Assembly (NCBI GenBank): GCA_020891255.1
Contig: BQFW01000016.1
Location: 61,481-125,480, forward strand
Length of the DNA stretch: 64,000 nt
Source of the DNA: Entomortierella parvispora E1425
Taxonomy: Eukaryota; Fungi; Mortierellomycota
Direction of reading: 5' to 3'
Shown: positions 25,061 to 35,269 of the stretch, one piece after another
How positions within the stretch are numbered: position 1 is the first letter of the stretch
Layout: the number at the start of each line of letters is the position of its first letter
Notes under the pieces: generated by a model
Told to the model about the DNA's origin: nothing
Seen by the model: the letters and a program-made list of their open reading frames with translations, nothing else
Database searches by the model: none
Made by a program: the position numbers and the translations under genes

Positions 25061-25483
25061 CCTGGTTTCTGTTCATTCCTTACATGTAAGTACTTTCATT
25101 CTCTTACTTCCATGCAGAAACATCTTGTCAAGTGTGACCCGGCTTCTTGAGCTGCAGTGGATATACTTCGGGCTCTGCCCAGCCATTAGCTGGTTGCGAT
25201 GAGGTGGCCCTTCGAATTGATTTCATGGACATATCACTTTATGTGTCGTTCTGTTGGTGCAATGTGTGGACAATGGCAGGACATTTTGTCAGATGTAACC
25301 CGGCTTCTTGAGCTGCAGCAGATATACTTCGGGCTCTGCCCAGCCATTAGTTGGTTGCGACAAATATGTAATGAGGGTTTTGTAGCCATACCCTCTGCCT
25401 TAACACTGACTGTCGAACTGTTTCAACCTAGTGGTACTGTTGTCTAATGTATCTATTGTCTTTCGCGAGTCCACATATTAGAT

Positions 25484-27632
25484 ATGAGTCTTCCCCCGAG
25501 TCACCTCGCCTGGGCACAAGACAAGCAACCAGGAAAGGAGCATGTTCTATTGCCAAATTTCGTGCGAAAGTTTGGTTTTGCCGAAAAGGAGAGTGCGAAT
25601 AGCTCTTTTTAAAGCTCATCAACTCGAACAATCTTCGACAAAGTCGCCGAACCAATCTACGGAAACTGTTCAAGGAATTCCGACGAAATCAAGAGGAGTC
25701 ATTCTGGTCTGAATATATTCTCGAAATCACTACCAATATCACCACCAAACAGACTGCAGCTGCTGTTCAAAAGTCAGGTGCAAAACAGGCACAAGCCGAA
25801 TACCAGCGTTTTATTGATGGACTCGATAGCGACAAAAATCCGGAAGAATATGTAGTTGACCTTGACATCAATGAGAGCGATAGGGAGGATAGGGAGGAGA
25901 CGGTTGGAAGCAGCGACAACGATGGCGGTGGGTATACGACGACTGACTTGTATGATCCAGATGACCTTTCACATTTGGACCAACTTGGTGGGCAGGCGTA
26001 CAGTGACCAAGTTGCAGATGCGAACAGTGATGCTGACGACGAGGACAATATTGCCAAGGGCATTGATGATAGAGAAAGCCCGTTCTGTTCTCGGAAGAAG
26101 CAAAAGACCATGAAATGTCGTGTAAGTGTCATGGATGAAAGGATGGAGAGGTCTGCGCATTTCTTAACGTGCGATAGCAATTGTCCATTCCATGTTAGAC
26201 CTTCAATGCGAAAGCCAAGGCATCTTTCCAGAAGCGGTATGAATCCCTTGGTAGAAAATGGGAGCTTTTGTCAGGAAAATTTGTCGAGGACCTACTCTTT
26301 GATATAGGAATGACCTGTGAATACTACAAGTAAGAGTCATTTGGAAGCCGTTATCACTCTCTGCCGACTGTTGCTGACAGTGGTCCCTCTTTTTGAAAAT
26401 TTCTAGCCCTGTGCATTCGTTCATGATCGATTGTGACGACAAATGGCTTGCGAGTAAATTTGCTGCTGAAGAGTGGAAGGAAATATGTGAAGGATGGCCG
26501 GAGGCGACGATATCTGCTGGAACCTCCGGGTATATTGAGTCATTTGCAGATGTGGATACCCTTGTAGGACTTGAGAAAGCCCTTTGTGTACGACCTGAAG
26601 GTTTGGAGGAGAGGCTTGTCCACCGATGCCTTGAAGACGGGTATGCCGAATTTGTTCTATGATTTGTTTTAACTTCCAAGTCGCGAAATTGCTTTTAATC
26701 GACTATTACTATCTTTCTCCAGGCTCTTTATCTACTCAGATGACCCTTCGCCATTCTTGATTGCAGAACGTCTCTCAGAAGCTTTTTGGCAACGTGAAGC
26801 ATGGGGCGTTGCATCGAAGTTGGCGATGGGACATGTTAACTGCAAAATGCTCCCTGGAGATATGGCAGGCGTGGAGAGCAAAGAAAGACAAAACCGCATT
26901 CAGGCTAACAAAGGTCCAAGCAATGGACGAGCACGTATTGGAAAGAAAGGTGACTTATTTTGGAGGTCATTCGACGAGCCCCAACGAGACTGGGCTGTGG
27001 TTGAGGCTGCTAAGGCATGGAATGCATACAAGGACAAATACATAATTGAGAGCACCACGAAATTGCCTCGACAGCTGCATGATATCCTTATCCACCGCAC
27101 TCGTGAGCTCGGAAATGTTGATCCACTGAGGACTATTGCAGTGCCTGGTCTAGTAATGGGAGGTAATCAGAACGGCAAACTCGTAGTCCTGTTGCTGATC
27201 TTTTAATCTATAAGACTTCTAAGTCATATGATCTCTCTATGTAGGTCCAGTCATTCAGCTATTGTGCTTGTGTTGGGGCTGTGGAGGGGTTAACGTCACT
27301 CGCTTCAAACGGGGAGAAGCTGGTCGATTGGAATCTTCCGTGGATATGCTTGGTATGAGCCTGTCCGCGATCTATACTCTTCTCACCTTCAGGGTAAGTG
27401 GTATTCGCATTCACTGCATGCTTTTATTTTATTTTTGCATATATTTAATTCCTAGTGTCTGAACATTACCGCTTTGTCTTCCATTTAGGCCACTGTATCT
27501 AACCTCATGGAAAGATATCATCTCGAAAGGAAGAAAACCCAGAGGAAAGCCAGACTGCAACGATTCGGAGTCAAGTTGTTAGCCGAATCAGAAGGAGAGC
27601 TGCCTCTTGATCTTCTCCATTCCTCGCCATAG
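25484..27632 (+). CDS. Multi-exon protein with acidic linker and PD-(D/E)xK-like nuclease domain; one homopolymer frameshift near 25610
   Basis: MSLPPSHLAWAQDK...EESFWSE; SEAFWQREAW...IGKKGDLFW...VEAAK...ESTTKLPRQLHDIL; GT-AG introns; stop TAG at 27632. Confidence 0.65.
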
Positions 27633-28057
27633 TGCACTGAGAATGATACGCAACGAGCGTGGGCAATATCTGGCCTTCAAGCGAAATAAAAATCAGTCAT
27701 GGGACGTTGTCACTCCACGTGTAAGCCCGACAGCTCTTAAAACCTCCTATCATCACTGCATCCTTCCGCATTTGACGCGCGCACGTTAGATCCGCGACCA
27801 AGCCTGTGCAATGGGTTCAGATCGGACTAGTTACGCGTCTCTCACACCCTTGCTCTAGGATCTCGGACCTAGGACCTGTGCCCGCATCGATTGGGTTGTG
27901 ACCTAGCTCCGACCTTTATCGATCAATATCGACTATTATTCTCCCGCGCCAATGCCTACTCTCCGGATGGCCCTCCGACTATGGTTATCCTTTGTGCGAT
28001 CGTTATCATCTCTCAGCTATACCTAACTTTTTTTTTTTTTGCCTTCATTGACAGGAT

Positions 28058-28915
28058 CTACTGTTCCGGGGTCGTGCCCATGAAAAGATATTTAAATGAG
28101 AAGAAAGGATGAATTACCTGACGACGTCCCAAGACAGGCGTGTCCCACCCGACCTCTTCTTCATAATTGAATCGAGGGTTCTCCGTACGCCTGGATGGGC
28201 GATCTTGTTGAAAGTCAAAAGACGGTTGCCGTGAAGGTTGGGCAGAGAGAGCATACGCCCAGTCTCTGGCGTGAGAGGCCTGCTGTTGTTGGGCGGTCCT
28301 GATCAAAGTGGGTGTTGATGCATCTTCGGGCGTTTCGGACACCGGGCAAGATAAGTTGTTATGTAGGGTGAACTCCCCTTTCTCAGTTGTACATGTAGCA
28401 AGAGCAATGAGAAAAAAAAAAGAGCAGCAAATACGAACCATCTGTCCAAAAGCTCGGGAGACCGGCAAGTTCTCGAACGAGGGTGCGTGGGGAATGATCC
28501 TGGCGGGAACATCGAGAACAAACTTGTGGGTGAACCCACGGCCCTGAACCTCATATTCGTCAATCATATAGTGTCCACAGAAATCAATGACATCTCCCAC
28601 CTTGATTTTGCCGCTGATCATGTCCTGCACGAGCTGCTGATGGGGGCTCGGATGAATTTTGGCGCGATCCACACAAGACAAAATTATGTTGGCCTTGGGG
28701 CTGGCCCCCTGTGATGACGAGCAAAAAAAAACTGGACCTTCTGACGTCACCGAATTATTTTTCGCAAAAATAAAGTCAAAGAGGCTCAATGTTGGCCCAA
28801 TGCGATGCTCCTCACCTTTGCCCTGTTCTTTGTATGGTCGACCATTGTACCCTTCTATCGTTCCTTTTGACTCGAGCACAACATGACAGAATAAAGAAGG
28901 TACACAATTGGCCAT
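28058..28915 (-). CDS. Putative OB-fold ssDNA-binding (SSB/RPA-like) protein
   Basis: IKVGDVIDFCGHYMIDEYEVQGRGFTHKFVLD resembles the SSB LxKGxxVxxxGxLxxxxW..G strand pattern (by eye); probable intron after RAFGQM. Confidence 0.5.
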   Translation of the reverse strand: MANCVPSLFCHVVLESKGTIEGYNGRPYKEQGKGEEHRIGPTLSLFDFIFAKNNSVTSEGPVFFCSSSQGASPKANIILSCVDRAKIHPSPHQQLVQDMISGKIKVGDVIDFCGHYMIDEYEVQGRGFTHKFVLDVPARIIPHAPSFENLPVSRAFGQMVRICCSFFFLIALATCTTEKGEFTLHNNLSCPVSETPEDASTPTLIRTAQQQQASHARDWAYALSAQPSRQPSFDFQQDRPSRRTENPRFNYEEEVGWDTPVLGRRQVIHPFFSFKYLFMGTTPEQ

Positions 28916-28985
28916 TGAGCCAATCATATGGTTCAGTTGGGTATTACTCGTGTTGTCATTAATGGATGGTCCATGCCTTTGCGCG

Positions 28986-31322
28986 ATGCCTATTGACATT
29001 TTCTAAAAGAGCTGCAGGCGTCGACGACAATGAGGACGTATCAGAGTTGCCATTATTGCAGGGACGATTGTCACAGAGTCGTAGCAGTGGTCATGGTCCT
29101 TTCCGCTCGAGTTCGTCTGCATCTGCATCGCGCCAGCGGTAAGTGGGTTGTTTCATGTGGAGTGACTTTGGGAAATGCTGCCGTGAACTCAACAGCCGAC
29201 TCCATTGCCTTTATGAATGTAGACATCCTAGCAGGGGCGACTCTAGTATGGAGCAGCTGGAAAGGCTTGGATCAGCACTGTCCATTGAGGACCCAGAGAG
29301 TCTCCAGCGCCCTCGACGGGCTTGATGTCGGCGCCCAGTAAGCAGAAGACGATGGCAATGACAATGGCAGCGCCAATGAGGAGAACGCATCGGCCATGGT
29401 TGGACAAGGACCGTCAACGCCGCCACAACAACGACGCCAACGCCGACGACGGGCACTGCCAGCCCAGCCACCGCCTGTCCTCCATCCGATGACATACAGG
29501 AGCAGCCTAGAGAATGCTCATCGTCCCCCTGAATATTTTTGCTGCGTGTGCTGCCGGATCCTTTTTCGGGAAGAGACGGTGCCCCTGATTGTGGCAGAAG
29601 CACTGCAACTGGACCCTGCCTTTGAACTCGACGCTGTTCAATGGCCCTGTTTGCAATACGGTGTCGAACCAACAAAGAAAAGAAATAACCTCACGGCGTG
29701 CAAGTCTCACCAGCATCTGTCCAACAAATCATTGGAAGGGGTATGTGTTTCTCGTCCTTTTTTTTTTTTAAAAAAAAAAAAACCCCCCCTTTCCCTCATA
29801 TTAACAGTCTGCATGTTTCAATCTAGATGGCCTTTGTCAATGAGAACTGGGGAAATCCTCTGAGACGGGTGGATCAGCATGGCAACGTTGTCTTGGAAAA
29901 CGTTCCAGTGGCGCTCAGAGGACTGTACTGGAGCGATTTTCGATACCTATGTCGGGTCTCCATCCCTGGTCAGTCCCTGTCTTTTCCATGCGTCAGTGGA
30001 CACGTTTCGATCTACCGATCAAGGTTATCTCCTCCAATGCGGGCATGACCTCGTTCGTTCAGGATGCGACAGTACCTCCCGCCGACCGGAACCGCATCAT
30101 CAGGGCGTGGAACTGGCTCCATGTCCATAATCCAGAGTGGCTGAATTGTCCGCCAGTACCAGCCATGCCGGAGCAAATTGAGGAGGCCCTTGTGAACATT
30201 GGGACTGGGCAGGCCGAGCATCCGGGCCAACTGAATTTCCCAGGAGTGTTTTGTGCAGGCATGGACCCAGGTCCTAGGGCTGCGGACGCCCAGATGGAGA
30301 ACTTGGTCGTAGGCGTGAATGTAGAGGATGACACAGGAGTGACCTTCAAGAGCCCCACGCTGATGCTCAATCTCTTTCCCGATCTCTTTCCATATAGGCA
30401 TGGTGACTTCAAGTTGGAGCATTACAAGACAAACCTGCGACAGGCACCAGAGGCTGTGCAGGGAGAAGACATTCCAATGGAACCAGAAGGGGAGCAAGAA
30501 GTCGTAGACGCTGGCGCAGAGGAGCTTCCAGAATTTGAACCCTTTGACTTTGAACCATTGGACGTTGACAGTCTTGGCCTGGATCCACACCAGGGCGGGG
30601 ACGTCAGCATCAACAGTGACCCTGACGGAGATGACGACGACGACGACGACCCTGGCGACGATGACGACGAAGATTCTGATGTGGATATAGACGTGGAGTA
30701 TGAAAAAATGAGCGACCGGGGAAAGCACAGCAATTCAGTATCAAGGTGTATGCAAAGTACAGGTTTCTCCACTTTGATCGACTTTTTGCCTCCAACGCGC
30801 GGTTTGTTTGCTTTATGGAGGGTTGGGCCATCAAAAATACAGTCTATGGATACAGGATGCGGACCGTCTATCCAAAGCGGCAAGGGCGGGCTACCACTGC
30901 CGGAGATCTCAGAATGGGTAAGGAGTCAAGGCATTTTTTTTCTTTTGTTCGCTTGTGTAAGAAAAGGCGGGATGACTTTTTAAAAATTGACATCTTTTTT
31001 TTTATATCGGCTCTCTTTAGCTTGGGGCCAGCGCAAGAAGGACACGATGGCCATCCCCCAGATTGTCAGGACGAGCCCTGCGTACAAGGTCAATCTGGGA
31101 AAGAGACTCCGGGCCCTTTTGGAGAAATTGGGAGAGCCACAAATCTTCATGACGTGGTCCGTGGACTTGAACAGCTTGGCTTGCAGTGGGTTGTTTGCTA
31201 ATCCAAGACAGGCCACTCGGGATGTTCCCTTGTTCTGTGTAGCCTACAACCGGGAATGGCACCGTGTCCTTTCATACGTTCTCTCGAAATGGGCTCCAAA
31301 GATGATTGGCAAGGTGATTTGA
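28986..31322 (+). mobile_element. Truncated Helitron-like Rep gene (N-terminal Cys motifs, DUF6570-like and Helitron_like_N regions; no HUH motif or helicase)
   Basis: FCCVCCRILF, ACKSH, RIIRAWNWLHVHNPEW, LFPDLFPYRHG, YAKYRFLHFDRLFA, VRTSPAY...LGEPQIFMTWS; introns and frameshifts. Confidence 0.75.
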
Positions 31323-31672
31323 CTTTATTGGCACATATCGCCTCCGCCAACTTGGCACAATGTTGGTGCCATTGCGACGATCACATTTTGCTAAGAGACT
31401 GGCAGCAGCTGTAGAGATGGCATTGAAATTTGCACTGCACGTTCATGAGGAGGTGATCAGAAGATCACAAGTTCCTGTGGCAACCGAGAGCGTGTTAGAA
31501 TATTGTGGTATCATCGCCAGAACAAACCAACGCCAACGAAAGAGAGGGAAAAGCGATCAAGCCAACTTTTCACTCAATAACGCAAGGTGAGGTCATCATA
31601 TCTACCATCATCGTTTATTACCCCTTGAGTAAAGTCAATTTGCAAATGCGTACTTTACCTCACGCGCGTGCA

Positions 31673-31945
31673 GTAAAAGATTGTATGCATAACGCAAAGG
31701 GTGGAAATGGGAGCATGGGAACATGCTATGGTGTAGGAATGGAACGGTAAAAGATTGTATGCATAACGCAAAGAGTGGAAATAGGAGCATGGGAACATGC
31801 TACGGCGTAGGAAGCGAACAGTAAAAGATCATATGCATAATGCAAAGAGTGGAAATAGGAGCATGGGAACATGCTATGGCAGAGGAAACGAACAGAAAAA
31901 GGCAAAAGATCATATGCACAACACAACAAATGGAAAAAGGGGCAT
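31673..31945. repeat. 74-bp tandem repeat x~3.5 containing hairpin AGCATG-GGAA-CATGCT
   Basis: Units start at 31673, 31747, 31821 and ~31902. Confidence 0.9.
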
Positions 31946-32019
31946 GAGAGAGGCCAAAGAAGTTGTAAGTGACGATACATGGCGACAATTGATGGGGACA
32001 TTTGCAATGGCTAAGGAGG

Positions 32020-32027
32020 TATAAAAA
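32020..32027 (+). promoter_or_regulatory. TATA box of the knottin gene
   Basis: TATAAAAA upstream of a 5'-UTR intron (GTAAGT at 32154, CAG at 32273). Confidence 0.6.
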
Positions 32028-32302
32028 GGTAGCTTTGCAGAAAATTTTAATTATCCCTCAATCGACACTCTCTCAGATACTGTATTACACAATATAATAA
32101 CGCTCATCCCAGCTCTTTCATCACAAACCTTCAACGACACCTCTCAAAGCCTGGTAAGTGACCATGAAGACCCCTCGCAGGACCTTCTTGTGCATGCAGT
32201 AAAGTCAACTTTTAAAATTAACAAAATACTATCAACACAGTGCGCAATTATCACACGTCCTTCCTCACCTCAGACCTTTGCTATTACTCGTACAAGTTCA
32301 AT

Positions 32303-32437
32303 ATGAAGTTTCTCTCAATCTTGCTTTTGGGATTGGTCGTGTCAAGTGCCTATGCTTGCAGTGATCCTGGCCTGCGGTGCAATGCAGACTGGCAGTGTTG
32401 CAGTGGAGCTTGCTCTCAACAGGGCTGGTGCTACTAA
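32303..32437 (+). CDS. Secreted 44-aa cystine-knot (C-C-CC-C-C) peptide, conotoxin-like
   Basis: MKFLSILLLGLVVSSAYA signal + CSDPGLRCNADWQCCSGACSQQGWCY; spacing C-x6-C-x5-CC-x3-C-x5-C. Confidence 0.85.
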   Translation: MKFLSILLLGLVVSSAYACSDPGLRCNADWQCCSGACSQQGWCY

Positions 32438-32856
32438 GAATCCCCTATGTCTTCTCAACATTTGCTAGTGGGAATCACCAAGAAAACCGAGTTATCCAAG
32501 ACCATCAGATCGGGAGGTGTTGAAAAGTGTTGGTCACAGAGGTCAATGAGAAACAAGAGAGGGATCTATTCATGCATCTGGGCAAAGGTCATATCATTGC
32601 CCGCCTACATGGCTGTTACTGTATTCTAGTCTAAGCCGCTCGAAATTATGCAACAGATAGCTTTCTCCCTTAGTTTAGTCCCCCATCTAGTAACTTGAAT
32701 AATACTCTGTCAATACTTTGAACCTCCTCGTCCTCTGCCTTGAACATTCCACCTCCTTCCCACTCTTGTCTTGTCTCGTCTTGGAAAAGGTGATTCCGCC
32801 TTGCCTAGTCTAGATTCACCACACAGACTGCATCCAAGAGGCCAGTTGGGGAGGGG

Positions 32857-33119
32857 CCCCCCTGCTATCACCCCACGTACCCTAGTTTGTACCGCCATAC
32901 GATCTACCTTGGACCACCACTGCAACCACAGCAAAAAACTGATCTTTTGTTTTGTCTTTTGTTTTGCTGCCGCCTGCTACCAACAAGTTGATGATCTACC
33001 TTGGACAAACACTGCAAAGACCTGTCCTCTTGTTCTTTTGTTTTGCTTCCGCCTGCTACCGCTTGCAACTAACTCATGTAGCCAAGTTTGTACTGCCATA
33101 TGAGCTACTTTGAACCACC

Positions 33120-33150
<31 letters not shown>

Positions 33151-33894
33151 GGCTTGCAATGGATTCGACACGTACTGTTAAACTACAGAGCAAGCCCACA
33201 GCACGCCAACAACTCTTGTGCCTTGCCACCAACCTTTCACGCCTTGCCACCAACTCTCGTGTCTTGCCACCAACTCTCATGTCTTGCCACCAACTCCCAT
33301 GTCTCGCCACCAACCATGCGCGCCTTGCCACCAACTCCCTTGTCTCGCCACCAACCATGCGCGCCTTGCCACCAACTCTCCGTGTCTTGCCACCAAAAAA
33401 AAAAAAAAAAAAGTTGACCAGATCACTTGGGGGACTCTTTCGGTGGCAAGTTCAGGACCTGGGGCCCTGGTACACTGGTTGTAGGTCGTCCACACGTGTA
33501 TCTTTCTAATGATGCCGTCGGGAACCCGGTATCTTGTCAGGATCTCGAGCATCATGACATCAAAGGGGGCCTCCCGTGCTAAACCCATGTAAGGTTGGTG
33601 GCGTTGGGTCGACTTTTCGATGTTTTTAGGGTCGTTTGGGGCTCCTTTTCGGTGGCAAGGTCAGGCCCTGGGGCCCTGGTACCTTGGCTCATAGTAGTCC
33701 TCGGTTGAGGCTATTGAATGACGGTATCAGGAACCCGGAACCCTAATCAGGATCTCGAGCATCTTGAGATCAAAGTTGGTCCCCGAGTGGTCCCCTGTGC
33801 TAGAGCCATGTAAACCCGCCAAAAGTGGGTCCCCCATGCTAGAACTGGGCGGTCCCCCGTGCTAGAGCCGTGCTAGAGCCGTGTAAACCTGCCC
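32857..33894. repeat. Orphan rDNA IGS segment (matches ~60677-61816), resumes at 38826 after the retroelement insertions
   Basis: Colinear identity, including ttgccaccaac subrepeats at 33210-33400. Confidence 0.9.
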
Positions 33895-34517
33895 TTTTTT
33901 TTTATTTTTTTTATTGCAACTTTGATCTTTCTACCCGAGCCACACGAGGGTCTTGTTTGTTATACATCCCCTTCACACTGCAACCAAAGTAGTACATATG
34001 GCGTGGTCAGCTGAATCGAGTCTCCCGTCCGCCCGTACTACACACGTCCCTATGCGACCAGTTGGCAGACTCGTCGCCTGCTAATAAGATCGAGACCTCC
34101 TCGCAATAACCGCCTTCCACCGCCTGGAACACCTTGCCTGCTTGCTGGACGGCCTCGGAGGGGGCCTCGGTGTATCCTCAGAAAATTTCTTGTTTATTGT
34201 CCGACTGTTGGTGTCCGACCGCTTTCACATAGAACATGATCCTGCATATGGCCGACAGCTGTTTTTAGTGGGCTGGACCACCTCGTATACTTAGCACTTT
34301 AACTCAGTGCCTCCTGGTAACTAATCCACATGGGATAAATATCAGCAAGTGCTGTAGGTAGTGAGGTAGTGATACAAACTACCGCCTCTAACTCGAGAGG
34401 CTAGCACAAACGAGGGCGCACCAAGCTGAGATCGAACCCTCGACCTCACGGCACTGTCTCTGGAAGCTTTATTTACTAGGCGCTTTAGACCGCAGTAGCA
34501 AAAGGGCTCGCCCGCCC
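33895..34517 (-). mobile_element. SINE-like retroposon copy 1 (~620 bp, tRNA-like head, poly(A) tail)
   Basis: Reverse complement of 34648-35269 (no difference noticed by eye); poly(T) abuts target gtgtaaacctgccc. Confidence 0.75.
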
Positions 34518-34647
34518 ACCACGCGGCTTTGCTCAGGTTGTAGATAGTTTGGTCTCGCACTTCACTTCTTTGGCTCGACATAGCAAATAAAATGTTGCAA
34601 AAAAAAAAAAAAAAAAAAAAAAAAAGGGGCAGGTTTACATGGCTCTC
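34518..34647 (+). other. Inverted 130-bp spacer carrying the LINE 3' UTR end, A27 tail and target-site copy
   Basis: accacgcggctttgc (reverse complement of 35270-35284)...gttgc(A)27 ggggcaggtttacatggctct. Confidence 0.75.
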
Positions 34648-35269
34648 GGGCGGGCGAGCCCTTTTGCTACTGCGGTCTAAAGCGCCTAGTAAATAAAGCT
34701 TCCAGAGACAGTGCCGTGAGGTCGAGGGTTCGATCTCAGCTTGGTGCGCCCTCGTTTGTGCTAGCCTCTCGAGTTAGAGGCGGTAGTTTGTATCACTACC
34801 TCACTACCTACAGCACTTGCTGATATTTATCCCATGTGGATTAGTTACCAGGAGGCACTGAGTTAAAGTGCTAAGTATACGAGGTGGTCCAGCCCACTAA
34901 AAACAGCTGTCGGCCATATGCAGGATCATGTTCTATGTGAAAGCGGTCGGACACCAACAGTCGGACAATAAACAAGAAATTTTCTGAGGATACACCGAGG
35001 CCCCCTCCGAGGCCGTCCAGCAAGCAGGCAAGGTGTTCCAGGCGGTGGAAGGCGGTTATTGCGAGGAGGTCTCGATCTTATTAGCAGGCGACGAGTCTGC
35101 CAACTGGTCGCATAGGGACGTGTGTAGTACGGGCGGACGGGAGACTCGATTCAGCTGACCACGCCATATGTACTACTTTGGTTGCAGTGTGAAGGGGATG
35201 TATAACAAACAAGACCCTCGTGTGGCTCGGGTAGAAAGATCAAAGTTGCAATAAAAAAAATAAAAAAAA
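34648..35269 (+). mobile_element. SINE-like retroposon copy 2
   Basis: Head with GCGGTCTAAAGCGC (tRNA-Leu/Ser D-arm-like) and B-box GGTTCGATCTC (34727-34737); tail gttgcaataaaaaaaataaaaaaaa; no long ORF. Confidence 0.75.

Noticed and set aside
31673-31945. CRISPR interpretation of the 74-bp and ~110-bp hairpin arrays
   Set aside because: Whole units repeat, so there are no unique spacers.
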